Below, one piece after another: positions 30,434 to 41,375 of a DNA stretch of 64,000 nucleotides. The translations under genes and the position numbers were made by a program. Origin of the DNA: an uncultured delta proteobacterium (GTDB taxonomy: Bacteria > Desulfobacterota > Binatia > DP-6); assembly GCA_963746505.1 (NCBI GenBank), contig CAVVBN010000010.1, forward strand, positions 1,142,846-1,206,845, read 5' to 3'. The notes beneath the pieces were generated by a model that saw nothing but the letters and a program-made list of their open reading frames with translations, was not told where the DNA came from and did no database searches. Each line of letters begins with the position of its first letter. Position 1 is the stretch's first letter.

Positions 30434-33400
30434 GTGACCCTTCCCGAAGCCGCCACGATCGACGGTAACGAGGCCGCGGCGCGGATCGCGTACCTCGCCT
30501 CGGAGGTGATCGCGATCTACCCCATCACGCCGTCGTCCCCCATGGGGGAACTCGCGGACGAGTGGGCGAGTCTCGGACGGCCGAACCTCTGGGGGCTCCC
30601 CCCACGCGTGGTGGAGATGCAGAGCGAGGGCGGCGCGGCCGGCGCCGTCCACGGGGCGCTTCTCGGTGGGGCACTCGCCACGACGTTCACGGCGTCGCAG
30701 GGCCTGCTGCTCATGATCCCGAACATGTACCGGATCGCGGGCGAGCTGACGCCTGCCGTCATCCACGTCGCGGCGCGCGCGCTCGCCGCGCAGGGCCTGT
30801 CGATCTTCGGCGACCACAGCGACGTCATGGCCGCGCGCGCCACCGGGTTCGCCATGCTCGCCTCGACCTCCGTCCAGGAGGCGATGGACATGGCCCTCGT
30901 CGCCCACGCGGCGACGCTCGCGTCGCGCATCCCCTTCCTCCACTTCTTCGACGGCTTCCGTACGTCGCACGAGGTGACGAAGATACTCCCGCTCGTCGAC
31001 GACGACGTCCGCGCACTCATCGACGACGATCTGGTGCGCGCCTGCCGCACCCGCGCGCTCGCCCCGGAGCACCCGTCGATCCGCGGGACGGCACAGAACC
31101 CGGACGTCTACTTCCAGGGCCGCGAGGCGGTGAACGCGTTCTACCGCGCATGCCCGACGATCGTCCTGGACGCGATGGCCACGCTCGCCGCGCGGACCGG
31201 CCGCTCCTACGGACTGTTCGACTACACCGGCGCGCCCGACGCCGAACGGGTCGTGGTGCTCATGGGGTCCGGTGCAGAGACGGCCGCCGAGACCGTCAGG
31301 CATCTCGCGGCCGGCGGCGAGAAGGTCGGCGCCGTGACCGTGCGACTCTACCGGCCGTTCTCCGTCTCCCACCTCCTCGCCGTCCTGCCGCCGACCGTGC
31401 GCACGATCGCCGCCCTCGATCGCACCAAGGAGCCCGGCAGCGTCGCCGAGCCGCTCTGCCTGGACGTCACCGCCGCGGTCGCCGGGAGCGGCCGGCCGAT
31501 CCGGGTCGTCGGCGGACGCTATGGGCTCGGCTCGAAGGAGTTCACGCCGGCGATGGTGAAGGCGGTGCTGGACGAGCTCGCGCGGCCGACGCCGCGAGGC
31601 GGCTTCACCGTCGGCATCGTCGACGACGTGACCGGGACGAGCCTCGACGTCGATCCCGCGTTCGCCCTCGACGAGTCCGACACGGTGCGTGCGATCTTCT
31701 ACGGCCTCGGATCGGACGGCACGGTCGGGGCCAACAAGAGCACCATCAAGATCATCGGCGAGGAGACCGACCGCTGGGTGCAGGGCTACTTCGTGTACGA
31801 CTCGAAGAAGTCCGGCTCGACGACCGTCTCGCATCTGCGCATCGCGCCCCGGCCGATCCGGGCGCCCTACCTGCTCCGCGATGCGACCTTCGTCGCCTGC
31901 CACCAGTTCGCGCTGGTCGAGCGCCTGGACGTGCTCGCACTTGCCGCGCCCGGTGCCACCGTACTCCTCAACACCCCGTACGGTCCCGAGGCGGTGTGGG
32001 ATCGCCTGCCGCGCGAGATGCAGGAGACGATCCTCGCCAAACGGCTCCGCCTCTTCGTCATCGACGGGGATCGCGTCGCCAGCGACGCCGGCATGGGTGG
32101 TCGGGTGAACACGGTGATGCAGACCTGCTTCTTCGCCCTGGCCGGGGTGCTCCCGACCGAGGAGGCGATCACCGCCATCAAGCGTGCGATCGAGAAGACG
32201 TACGGGCGGCGCGGCCAGACGATCGTGCGGAAGAACTGGGCCGCGGTCGACGCGGCACTCGCCGCCCTGCACGAGGTCACGATCCCAGCCGAGGCCACCA
32301 GCGTCGTCACCCGCCGGCCGGCCGTCCCACCCACCGCCCCCGCATTCGTCCGCGAGGTCACCGCCCGGCTGCTCATCGGCGAGGGCGACCAGCTGCCCGT
32401 GAGCGCACTCCCTGCCGACGGCGTGTGGCCCGTCGGCACGGCGCGGTGGGAGCGCCGCCGCATCGCCGAGGCGGTGCCGGTGTGGGACGAGCAGCTCTGT
32501 ATCCAGTGCGGGAAGTGCGTCCTCGTATGTCCGCACGCGGTGATCCGCGCCACGCTCTATCCGGACGCCACGCTCGGCGGGGCACCCGCGGGCTGGAAGT
32601 CGGCACCGGCGCGGTGGCGCGATCGGACGACCGAGCGCTATACCCTCCAGGTCTCACCGGATGACTGCACCGGGTGCGCGCTCTGCGTCGAAGCGTGCCC
32701 CGTGAAGGACAAGAGCCAGGTGCGCCGGAAGGCGATCAACATGACGCCCGATCGACGACGTCCGCGGACGCCGAGCTCCCGTGCTGGGAGTACTTCCAGA
32801 CGATCGCCGAACCGTCGCGCGAGCCGCTCAACCTGACCCAGGTGAAGGACGTGCAGCTCCTGACGCCGCTCTTCGAGTTCTCGGGGGCGTGCGCCGGCTG
32901 CGGGGAGACGCCCTACCTGAAGCTCGTCTCGCAACTCTACGGCGACCGCGCCATCATCGCCAACGCGACGGGCTGCTCCTCGATCTACGGCGGCAACCTC
33001 CCGACGACGCCCTGGACGACGAACGCGGACGGCCGCGGGCCGGCGTGGGCGAACTCGCTCTTCGAGGACAACGCCGAGTTCGGCCTCGGCGTCCGCCTCG
33101 CCCGTGACCGGCAGGAGGCGATGGCGCGCGCCGGGCTGCGCGCGCTCGAGACGCGCCTGGACGGCCCCCTCGTCGCCGCCCTCCTCGGGGCGGACCAGTC
33201 GACCGACGCCGGCATCGCCGCGCAGCGTTCCCGGGTCGCGACGCTGCGCGAGCGACTCCGCGCCATCGACGATCCCGCAGGCGCGAGCGCTCGACGCCGT
33301 CGCCGATGCGCTCGTGCGGACGAGCGTCTGGATCGTCGGCGGCGACGGGTGGGCGTACGACATCGGCTTCGGGGGGCTCGACCACGTGCTCGCCTCGGGC

Positions 33401-33967
33401 GCCGACGTGAACGTCCTCGTCCTCGACACCGAGGTCTACTCGAACACCGGCGGCCAGATGTCGAAGGCGACGCCGCGCGGCGCCGTCGCCAAGTTCGCCG
33501 CGGGAGGCAAGGCGGCGCCCAAGAAGGACCTCGGCCTCCTCATGACGACGTACGGCTCCGTCTACGTCGCGACCGTCGCGATGGGCGCCGACGACGTGCA
33601 CACGGTCCGCGTGCTGCGCGAGGCCGAGTCCTACCACGGGCCCTCGCTCGTCATCGCCTACAGCCACTGCATCGCGCACGGCTACGACCTCGTGCACGGA
33701 CTCGCGCAGCAGAGCGCGGCGGTGAAGTCCGGCGCCTGGCCGCTCTTCCGCTACGATCCGCGACGGCGTGACGCGGGCGAGAACCCGTTCCAGCTCGACT
33801 CGAAGGCGCCGTCGATCCCCTTCAAGCAGTACGCGTACAACGAGACGCGCTACACGATGCTCGCGCACGCCGATCCCGACGGCGCACGCGCTGCGCTCGC
33901 CGCCGCCGAAGGCGACATCGCGCGGCGGTGGCAGCTCTACGAGCGGCTCGCCGGAGGTGCGGCGTGA
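30434..33967 (+). pseudogene. nifJ: pyruvate:ferredoxin (flavodoxin) oxidoreductase, single-polypeptide type; two frameshifts as assembled
   Basis: GTG 30434 begins TLPEAATIDGNEAAARIAY. Ferredoxin-like clusters are CIQCGKCVLVCP and CTGCALCVEACP. The TPP region is WIVGGDGWAYDIGFGGLDH. The pieces are 30278-32836, 32674-33771 and 33104-33967, with indels near 32745 and 33270. Confidence 0.85.
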
Positions 33968-34981
33968 TCGACCTCGGCACGACGTACCTGGGGCTCGACC
34001 TCTGCACGCCGCTCGTGGTGTCGGCGTCGCCCATCTCCGAGGATCTCGACCTGATCCGGCGGGCCGAGGACGCCGGTGCCGGCGCCGTCGTGCTGCCCTC
34101 GCTGTTCGAGGAGCAGCTCACGATCGACAGCCACGACCTCGACCATCATCTCTCACGTCACGCCTACAGCACCGCCGAGGCGCTCACGTACTTCCCGGAG
34201 CCGGCATCGTACGCCCGCGGACCGGAGGCGTATCTCGCGCACGTGCAGCAGGCCAAGGCCGCCGTCGACGTGCCCGTGATCGCGAGCCTGAACGGCGTGT
34301 CCTCGGGAGGCTGGATCGAGTACGCACGCGCGATCGAGCAGGCGGGCGCCGACGCCCTCGAGCTGAACGTGTACTTCGTGCCGACCGACCCGTTCGTCAC
34401 CGGCAGCGCGGTCGAGAGCCATGTACCTCGAGCTCGTCCGCGACGTGCGCCTGCACGTGGGCATCCCGCTCGCCGTCAAGCTGCCGCACTTCTTCAGCTC
34501 CATCCCGAACATGGCGCACCAGCTGGATCTGGCGGGGGCCGACGGGCTCGTGCTCTTCAACCGCTTCTACCAGCCGGACTTCGACCTGGACGCGCTCGAG
34601 GTCGTCCCGAACCTCACCCTGTCGAGCCCGGCCGAGCTCCGGCTGCGGCTGCGCTGGGTCGCCATCCTGTACGGGCACGTGGGGGCCGATCTCGCCGTCA
34701 CCGGCGGCGTGCACGACGCGCCCGACGTGCTGAAGGCGATGATGGCGGGGGCGAGCGTCGCGATGATGGCCTCGGCCCTCCTGCGCCACGGCGTGGAGCA
34801 CCTGGCGACCGTGCGTGCACGACCTCCATCGCTGGATGGAAGAGCGCGAGTATGCGTCGATCCGCCAGATGCGCGGCAGCATGAGCCAGCAGCACGTCGC
34901 CGAGCCGGCGGCGTTCGAGCGCGCGAACTACCTGAAGGTGCTCCGGTCCTACGCACCCGGAGCGCGGTCGGGGGCGCGGTA
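33964..34981 (+). pseudogene. dihydroorotate dehydrogenase-like (PyrD-fold) protein; frameshifted as assembled
   Basis: GTG 33964 overlaps the PFOR stop (GTGA). Pieces are [33 protein letters not shown] and [54 protein letters not shown]. My own translation of the end gives [19 protein letters not shown]. Confidence 0.7.
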
Positions 34982-34986
34982 GCGCG

Positions 34987-35807
34987 ATGCTCTGGCGCGA
35001 CGCCTTCCGCGACCGCTCCGTGCTCGTCACGGGAGCGTCGAGCGGCATCGGCCTGGCGACCGCGGTCGCCTTCGGCGCGGCGGGAGCGCGCGTCGCCCTC
35101 GTGGCGCGGCGGCGGGCCGAGCTCGAGGAGGCCGCGGCCCGGATCGTCGCCGATGGCGGCCATGCGGTCGCGGTTCCGGCCGACGTCACCGACCCCGCCC
35201 AGGTGGCCGCGGCCTTCGACGCCGCCACGAGCGCGTGCGGCCCGGTCGACGTCGTCGTGAACAACGCCGGCATCCTGCGATCCCGCGCCGGTCGCCGATC
35301 TCACCACGGACGACCTGACCGCCATGCTCCGCGTGAATCTCTTCGGTGCCCTCTACGTCATGCAGGCGGCAGTCGCACGCATGCGTCCGCGCGACGCGGG
35401 GACGATCGTCAACGTGGCGTCCCTCGCCGGACGCCGCGGGCGTGACGCCGCTCGGCGGCTACTGCGCGACGAAGTTCGCGCTCGTCGGCCTCACGGAGGC
35501 GCTGCGCACCGAGCTCGACGGCAGCGGCGTGCACGTCTCGCTCGTGCTGCCCGGCGTCGTCGACACGCCGATGGTCGAGGCGGTCGAGCACGATCCCGAG
35601 TTCCTCGAGCTGTGGCCGGCGATGCTCAACATGCCGCCGTCGTGGGTCGTCTGGGCGATCTTCGCGGCAGTGCGCTTCCATCTGGTCGAGGTCTCGGTCC
35701 CCCCGGGCGCGGCGACGATCGAGAAGCTCGCGGCGCTCGCCCCGTCGGTCGGCGACGCGATGGTCCGGTGGATCCGCGCGATGTCCCATTGGGCGGCCGG
35801 CACATGA
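34987..35807 (+). pseudogene. short-chain dehydrogenase/reductase (SDR); frameshifted as assembled
   Basis: Motifs are [22 protein letters not shown] and YCATKFALVGLTEALR (the YxxxK motif in frame 35346-35807). About 2 indels. Confidence 0.75.
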
Positions 35808-37012
35808 CCCCACCGCCCGACACCCTCCAAGAGCTCCTCGATCGCTTCGATCCGAGCGCCATCGACATGCCGCTCGGCCGTGCACGGATTCGACTCTCGG
35901 TCGAGGGTGAAGGCGAATGGGATGCCCTCGTCATGACGGGCGGCGTGCTCCTCCAGCCCGCCACCCAGACACCGGACGCGATCCTGAGCGCCGACGCGGC
36001 GACGTGGGATCGCATCGCCGCCGACCTGCGCGGCGGGATGGACGCCTATCGAGCCGGGCGACTCGTCATCCGCCACAACCTCCACCTCGGCGTCGGCTTC
36101 CTCGCCGCGACGAGCGGGACGACCGGCCGCGGACCGCCTGCGATTCGAGCGCGTCGAGACGGCCGTCGGGCCGCTCTCCATGATGACCGCCGGGCGCCGG
36201 CGACGCCGGTGCTCCTGCTGCACGGGCTCGGCGCGACCAAGGGCTCGTTCCTGCCGACGGTCGCCGCGCTGGCCGGCTCGTTCCGCACGATCGCGCTCGA
36301 CCTCCCCGGCTTCGGCGATTCGTGCAAGCCGCTCGGCGCGCGCTATCATCCGCCGTTCTTCGCGCGCGCGGTGGTCGACGTTGATGGACGCGCTCGGGCA
36401 TCGAGCGCGCGCACGTCATCGGCAACAGCATGGGCGGGCGCGTCGCGCTGGAGCTCGGCCTGCGCCATCCCGGAGCGTGTCGGACGCCTGGTGCTGCTGG
36501 CGCCGTCGCTCGCCTGGCGGCGCGAGCGGCCCGTGGGCGCCGCTCGTGCGCGTGCTGCAGCCCGGAGCTCGGCCTGGTGCAGGTCACGCCCGCGCTGGGT
36601 CGTCGAGGCGATCGTGCACCGGATCATTCCCGTGGCCCGAGACAGCTGGGTGCGCGCCGGCGTCGACGAGTTCCTGCGCGCCTACCTCACGCCGCGCGGC
36701 CGCGTCGCCTTCTACGCCGCCGCGCGCCAGATCTATCTCGAGGAGCCGCACGGCGCGAAGGGTTTCTGGACGCGTCTCGCGCGACTCGAGCCGCCGGCGC
36801 TGTTCATCTGGGGCACGCACGACGGCCTGGTGCCGATCGCCTTCGCGGCGCACGTGCGCAGCACGCTGCCGTCCGCGCGTCACCTCGAGCTCGACTGCGG
36901 TCACGTGCCGCAGATCGAACGCCCGGACGAGACGCACGCGGCGATCGCCGCGTTCCTGCGCGAATCGGCGCCCATCGTCGCGGCGGGCCGTCCGTCATCA
37001 GCCGATGCATGA
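35804..37012 (+). pseudogene. SCP2-like domain fused to alpha/beta hydrolase; frameshifted as assembled
   Basis: ATG 35804 overlaps the SDR stop (ATGA). The N-terminal roughly 110 aa are SCP2-like (DAILSADAATWDRIAADLRGGMDAYRAGRLVIRHNLHLGVGF). The hydrolase part has LLLHGLGATKGSF, the nucleophile elbow IGNSMGGRVAL (my own translation of about 36420) and DCGHVPQIERP. Confidence 0.65.
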
Positions 37013-38724
37013 CGACGGCCGATGGCCAGCGGATCCGTGCGGCGTCGATCGCACAGCTGCTGCACACGGTCCGCACGTCCCTCTGGCACGACACGGACTA
37101 CCCGAGTCCCGTGCCCGACAACCCGCGCTTCGTGAGCGCGCGCGCAGCGGTCGCACTGATCGGCGACGGCGACGTCGTCGCCGTTTCGGGTCTCGGCGCG
37201 AACCAGCGCGCGTCGATCATGTTCTGGGCCATCCGCGAGCTGTTCGAGGCGACCGGACACCCGCGGGGCTCACCCTGATGAACCTCGGCGGGCACGGCGG
37301 CCGCGGGCTGCGCGCCGGGCACGCTCGAGGAGCTCGGGCGATCGGGGCTCTGCCGGCGCCTCGTCACCGGCCACTTCGAGACCTTCCGCGCGATGCTCGA
37401 CCTCGCAGTCGCCGGCGAGTGCGAGCTGCAGTGCATTCCGCAGGGGACGATGGCGCTGCTCATCGACGGCCTCGGCCACGGTCGGGACTCGCTGCTCTCG
37501 AGCACCGGGGTCGGCACGTTCATCGATCCCCGCGTCGGGACGGGCTCGCGGGTGGCGTCGACCGGCGAGCAGCTCGTCACCGTCGAGGGCGACCGGCTGC
37601 GCTACCGCATCCCGCCGATCGACGTCGCCATCTTCAACGCACCGGCCGCCGACCGTCACGGCAACATCTACGTGAAGCACTGCGCCATGATCGGCGAGAC
37701 GGCGGAGATGGCGCGCGCGGCCAAGCGCCGGGGCGGATGCGTCATCGCCAACGTCGGCCTGATCGTCGACGAGGGCTACGATCGCATCTACCTGCCCGCG
37801 CGACATGGTCGACGCCGTCGTCTACCATCCCGACACCGAGCAGGCAGGCGGGATCACCCACCGCGCGTACTGGCCGGCCCTGACGACGGAGAGCGACGTG
37901 CCGATCGGTGACGCGCTGGCGCAGGTGCGCGCGGTCAACCGGCTCGTCGGACTCGGACCGCGCCGCAATGCCGTCTGACGACGCCGTCGCGCGGCTCGCG
38001 GCAGCGACGCTGGTCGCGCACGTCGGGCCAGGGGCGCACGTGAACATCGGCACCGGCCTTCCGGAGTCCGTCGCCGAAGTGCTCTTCGAGGCCGGCCTGC
38101 ACGAACGGCTGACGCTGCTGGTCGAGAGCGGGCCGGTCGGCGGGGTGCCCGCGTCGGGCGTCTACTTCGGGGCGTCGCTCTCGCCGCAGCGCATCCTCTC
38201 CTCCGCGGAGATGTTCCGGCTCTGCGCCGAGCGACTCGACGCCACGTGCCTCGGCGTGCTCGAGGCCGACGGCGAGGGCAACGTCAACGTCTCGCGCCGG
38301 AGCGAGGGCGTTCGCGACTACGTCGGACCCGGCGGCTTCATCGACCTCACTACGGCTGCCCGGACGATCGTCTTCGTCTCCGACTGGATGGTGCGACGGC
38401 GAGATGCGGGTCGAGAACGGCGCCGTGCGCGTCGTCCGGCGGGGCGCGCCGAAGTTCGTCGCGCGGGTGCGCGAGATCACGTTCAGCGGACCGCGCGCCC
38501 TGGCGGCCGGCAAGCGCGTGTTCTACGCGACCCCGGTCGGCCTCTTCCGGCTCACCGAGCGCGGCATGGAGCTCACCAGCGTCATGCCGGGAATCGACGT
38601 GCGGCGCGACGTCCTCGAGGTGGCGGCCATGCGGGTGGTCGTCCCGGCCACCGGGCCGATCCCAGTGGTCGCAGACGCCATCGTCACCGGCGAGGGTTTC
38701 GCGCCCAGCGCGACGACCGCCTAG
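37009..38724 (+). pseudogene. acyl-CoA:acetate/3-ketoacid CoA-transferase family protein (fused alpha-beta type); frameshifted as assembled
   Basis: ATG 37009 overlaps the upstream stop (ATGA). Pieces are GDVVAVSGLGANQRASIMFWAIRELF, FNAPAADRHGNIYVKHCAMIGETAEMARAA, HVNIGTGLPESVAEVL, VNVSRRSEGVRDYVGPGGFIDLT and FYATPVGLFRLTERGMEL. At least 4 indels. Confidence 0.65.
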
Positions 38725-38734
38725 CGTCCCGTCT

Positions 38735-39880
38735 CTAGAACACGGCCTCGACGCCGACGAGCGGCACCGGCTTCGTCTGGATGCCCGCGTCGTTCAGCGG
38801 CAGGAGGACGTTCGTGAAACCGATCACCGTGTCCCGCCAGAGGTTCACGCGCCCGCCGAGCGAGAGGGTGTAGTAGTCGGGCCGGGCGGTGCTGAACCCG
38901 AAGAGCGGCAGCTCGGTGTTGCAGTTGGTGGCGCTCGTGCAGCGGGCGAAGTCGAAGAAGCCCGGCGGTGCGATCCGTTGGAACTGGTTGCGGCCGAGCA
39001 CGGCGAGCGCCGCCGTCACGCTCGGCAGCGGCGCCCAGTCGACGCCGACGCCCCACCGCGCCTGGCTGTCGTCTACGTTCCCCGCGTCGAAGTCGACGCC
39101 AGCGTTCAGATAGCCCTGCAGGCGCGCCCACGCCGCCGGCTCGAATATCCGCGTCGAAAAGTACACCATCGGCGACGCCTCGAAGCTGCCGGTCCCCTGG
39201 TAGCTGGCCTTGTCGCCGGACGGCAGGCGCAGCACGACGCCGAGCGCGCCATGGATCGGATCCCAGTCGAGGAGCCGGTACTTCCCGCGCAGGAAGATGT
39301 CGCCCACGCCGAATGGACGCTCCTTCGCGCTGAGCGTCCCCGCATCGACGACCGGGCCGGTGGCGAGCACGACGATGCGCGCGAAATCCACGGATACGTC
39401 GAGGATGCTGTAGATGAGCGGCACGGTCAGGTTGACCTCGAAGTCGTCGGTCACTCCGTAGGTCAGACTCGCCGTGAACTGGTTCGCCTGCACGCCCACG
39501 TCGGCCTTCGGCAACAGGAGAAGCGGCACCTGTGCGGTGCCCCGGATCGGGACGGGGTCGCGCAGGTCGTCCGCTGGTTGGCCGAGCAGCGACTTGAGCG
39601 CCACCCATTGGTAGCTGAGCGACGCGTTCCATCGTCCCTTGCCGATCGGGTCGGCGCGCTCGAGGAAGAGCTGGCCCGTGATCGACGGCTCACGGTCGAA
39701 GCTGCCGGTCGCGGGGTCGAAGTGATAGCGGACGCCGGCCGAGGCCGCGATCAGGGGGAGCGAGCCCCCGAAGCTCTCAGCGAGGACGTCGTCGATGAGG
39801 TTGAACGCCTCCTCGATCGTCGCCGCCTGTGACACCGCCACGCCGAACGCCAGCGCGAGACCCATCGCGATCCCCCGCAC
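38735..39880 (-). CDS. outer-membrane beta-barrel protein, paralog of 25905-27116
   Basis: This is the last roughly 380 codons of table ORF 38735-41935. GTG 39880 gives the signal peptide (V)RGIAMGLALAFGVAVSQA; ATG 39865 is the alternative start. It shares motifs with the other barrel: SLTYGVTDDFEVNLTVPL, FGVGDIFLRGKYRL, LRLPSGD and the C-terminal EAVF. Confidence 0.75.
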   Translation of the reverse strand: MRGIAMGLALAFGVAVSQAATIEEAFNLIDDVLAESFGGSLPLIAASAGVRYHFDPATGSFDREPSITGQLFLERADPIGKGRWNASLSYQWVALKSLLGQPADDLRDPVPIRGTAQVPLLLLPKADVGVQANQFTASLTYGVTDDFEVNLTVPLIYSILDVSVDFARIVVLATGPVVDAGTLSAKERPFGVGDIFLRGKYRLLDWDPIHGALGVVLRLPSGDKASYQGTGSFEASPMVYFSTRIFEPAAWARLQGYLNAGVDFDAGNVDDSQARWGVGVDWAPLPSVTAALAVLGRNQFQRIAPPGFFDFARCTSATNCNTELPLFGFSTARPDYYTLSLGGRVNLWRDTVIGFTNVLLPLNDAGIQTKPVPLVGVEAVF

Positions 39881-39903
39881 CCCGCCTCCCACGTCTCTTC
39901 CCG

Positions 39904-41292
39904 CTACTCCGTCGCGCCCACCCGCCCGCGTACCCAGCGAGCGAAGAGAATGACCATCGCCGCCGCCGAGGCGATGTTTCCCGCCGCCACGGTGGCGAAC
40001 ACGGCACCATCGGCGTACCCGAACCCGCGCGTGAGCACCAGCGCCACGGCGAGCACGACCGTGACCCGGAACACCATCAGGATCAGCGGTGCCGTCGCCC
40101 GACCGAGTCCCTGGAAGGCGAAGGCGAGCACCATGCTGAGGCCGAGGAACGGGTACGACGGCCCGATCCAGCGGAAGTACTCCGTGCCGACCGCGAGGAT
40201 CGCGGGGTCGCTGGTGAAGAGGCCGAGCCACAGGCCCGGACGCCAGCAGAGCAGCAGGCCCGGCACCGCCAGTAGTGCGACGACGATCGCGCCCGTCCGC
40301 ACCACGTAGGACACGACCTGGTCGTGCCGCTGCGCGCCCGTCGCCAGCCCCACCAGCGTCAGCACGGCGGCGCCGAATCCATAGCCGAACGAGAGCATCA
40401 GGAAGTCGAGTCGGGTCCCGAGTCCGTAGGCCGCGAGGTGGGCGTCGCCGAGACGGGCGAGCACGCCGGTCAGCACCATGAGCCCCACCTGGCTGAGCGC
40501 CGTCGACAGCGACGCCGGCACGCCGACGCGCAGGATCTCGCGCAGCGGCGCCTGCGCCGGGAGCCGCGGCCGCGGCGCGAGCCGCACGACCCCGCGGCCC
40601 CCGAAGACCCATCGCGCGCGCGGCAACGCGGCGAGAAACTGCGCCGTGAGCGACGCACAGGCGGCACCGGGGAGCCCCCATCCGAAGACGATCATGAACA
40701 GCGGCGTGAGGGCTGTCTGCAGCACCAGCGACGTCGTCGACCAGATCGCCGGCACCCGGACGTTGCCTTCTCCGCGCATGATGCTGTCGAACATGCCCGC
40801 GACGAACGTGATCGCCGCGCCACCGAACAGCACGCGTGCGAACTGCAGCGCGTGGGCCAGCACGTCGCCGCGTCCTCCCATGACGCCGAACAGCGCCGGT
40901 CCTGCCACGAAGATGGTGAGGCCGAACGCGACGCCCACGACCGCCGCCAGCGTCAGCGCCTGCTCGCCGATGACGATGGCCTCGTGGCGACGGCCGCCCC
41001 CGAGTGCGCGGGCGATGGCCGACGAGACGCCCGCCCCGAGACCGCCCCCCATCGCCGTGATCGCCAGCAGCGAGATGGGGAAGACGAGCGAGATCGCCGC
41101 GATCGCATCGCTTCCCAGCCGGCTGACGAAGAACGTGTAGCTGACGTTCGATGCCGCCGCGACCAGCATGACCAGGGTCGTCGGCGTCGCCAGCCGGACG
41201 ATGGCGCGCAGCGGGGGCAACGTGAGCAGGTGCTCGGGTTGCGGGCGGGGGCGACCGTGTGACGGCTCGGTCGTCTTGGCGACGGCGGACAT
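39904..41292 (-). CDS. MATE-family efflux transporter
   Basis: Intact 462 codons with 12 hydrophobic segments and a typical MATE N-terminus (LATPTTLVMLVAAASNVSYTFFVSRLGSDAIAA). Its stop lies 23 nt before the barrel start. Confidence 0.85.
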   Translation of the reverse strand: MSAVAKTTEPSHGRPRPQPEHLLTLPPLRAIVRLATPTTLVMLVAAASNVSYTFFVSRLGSDAIAAISLVFPISLLAITAMGGGLGAGVSSAIARALGGGRRHEAIVIGEQALTLAAVVGVAFGLTIFVAGPALFGVMGGRGDVLAHALQFARVLFGGAAITFVAGMFDSIMRGEGNVRVPAIWSTTSLVLQTALTPLFMIVFGWGLPGAACASLTAQFLAALPRARWVFGGRGVVRLAPRPRLPAQAPLREILRVGVPASLSTALSQVGLMVLTGVLARLGDAHLAAYGLGTRLDFLMLSFGYGFGAAVLTLVGLATGAQRHDQVVSYVVRTGAIVVALLAVPGLLLCWRPGLWLGLFTSDPAILAVGTEYFRWIGPSYPFLGLSMVLAFAFQGLGRATAPLILMVFRVTVVLAVALVLTRGFGYADGAVFATVAAGNIASAAAMVILFARWVRGRVGATE

Positions 41293-41375
41293 GAGCGCCC
41301 GACCCTACCGTCCCGCCCTGCTCGATACCAATCCGGCGTTGCCTCCCGCCGCCGGGCCCGCGTATACGGCGGGCC

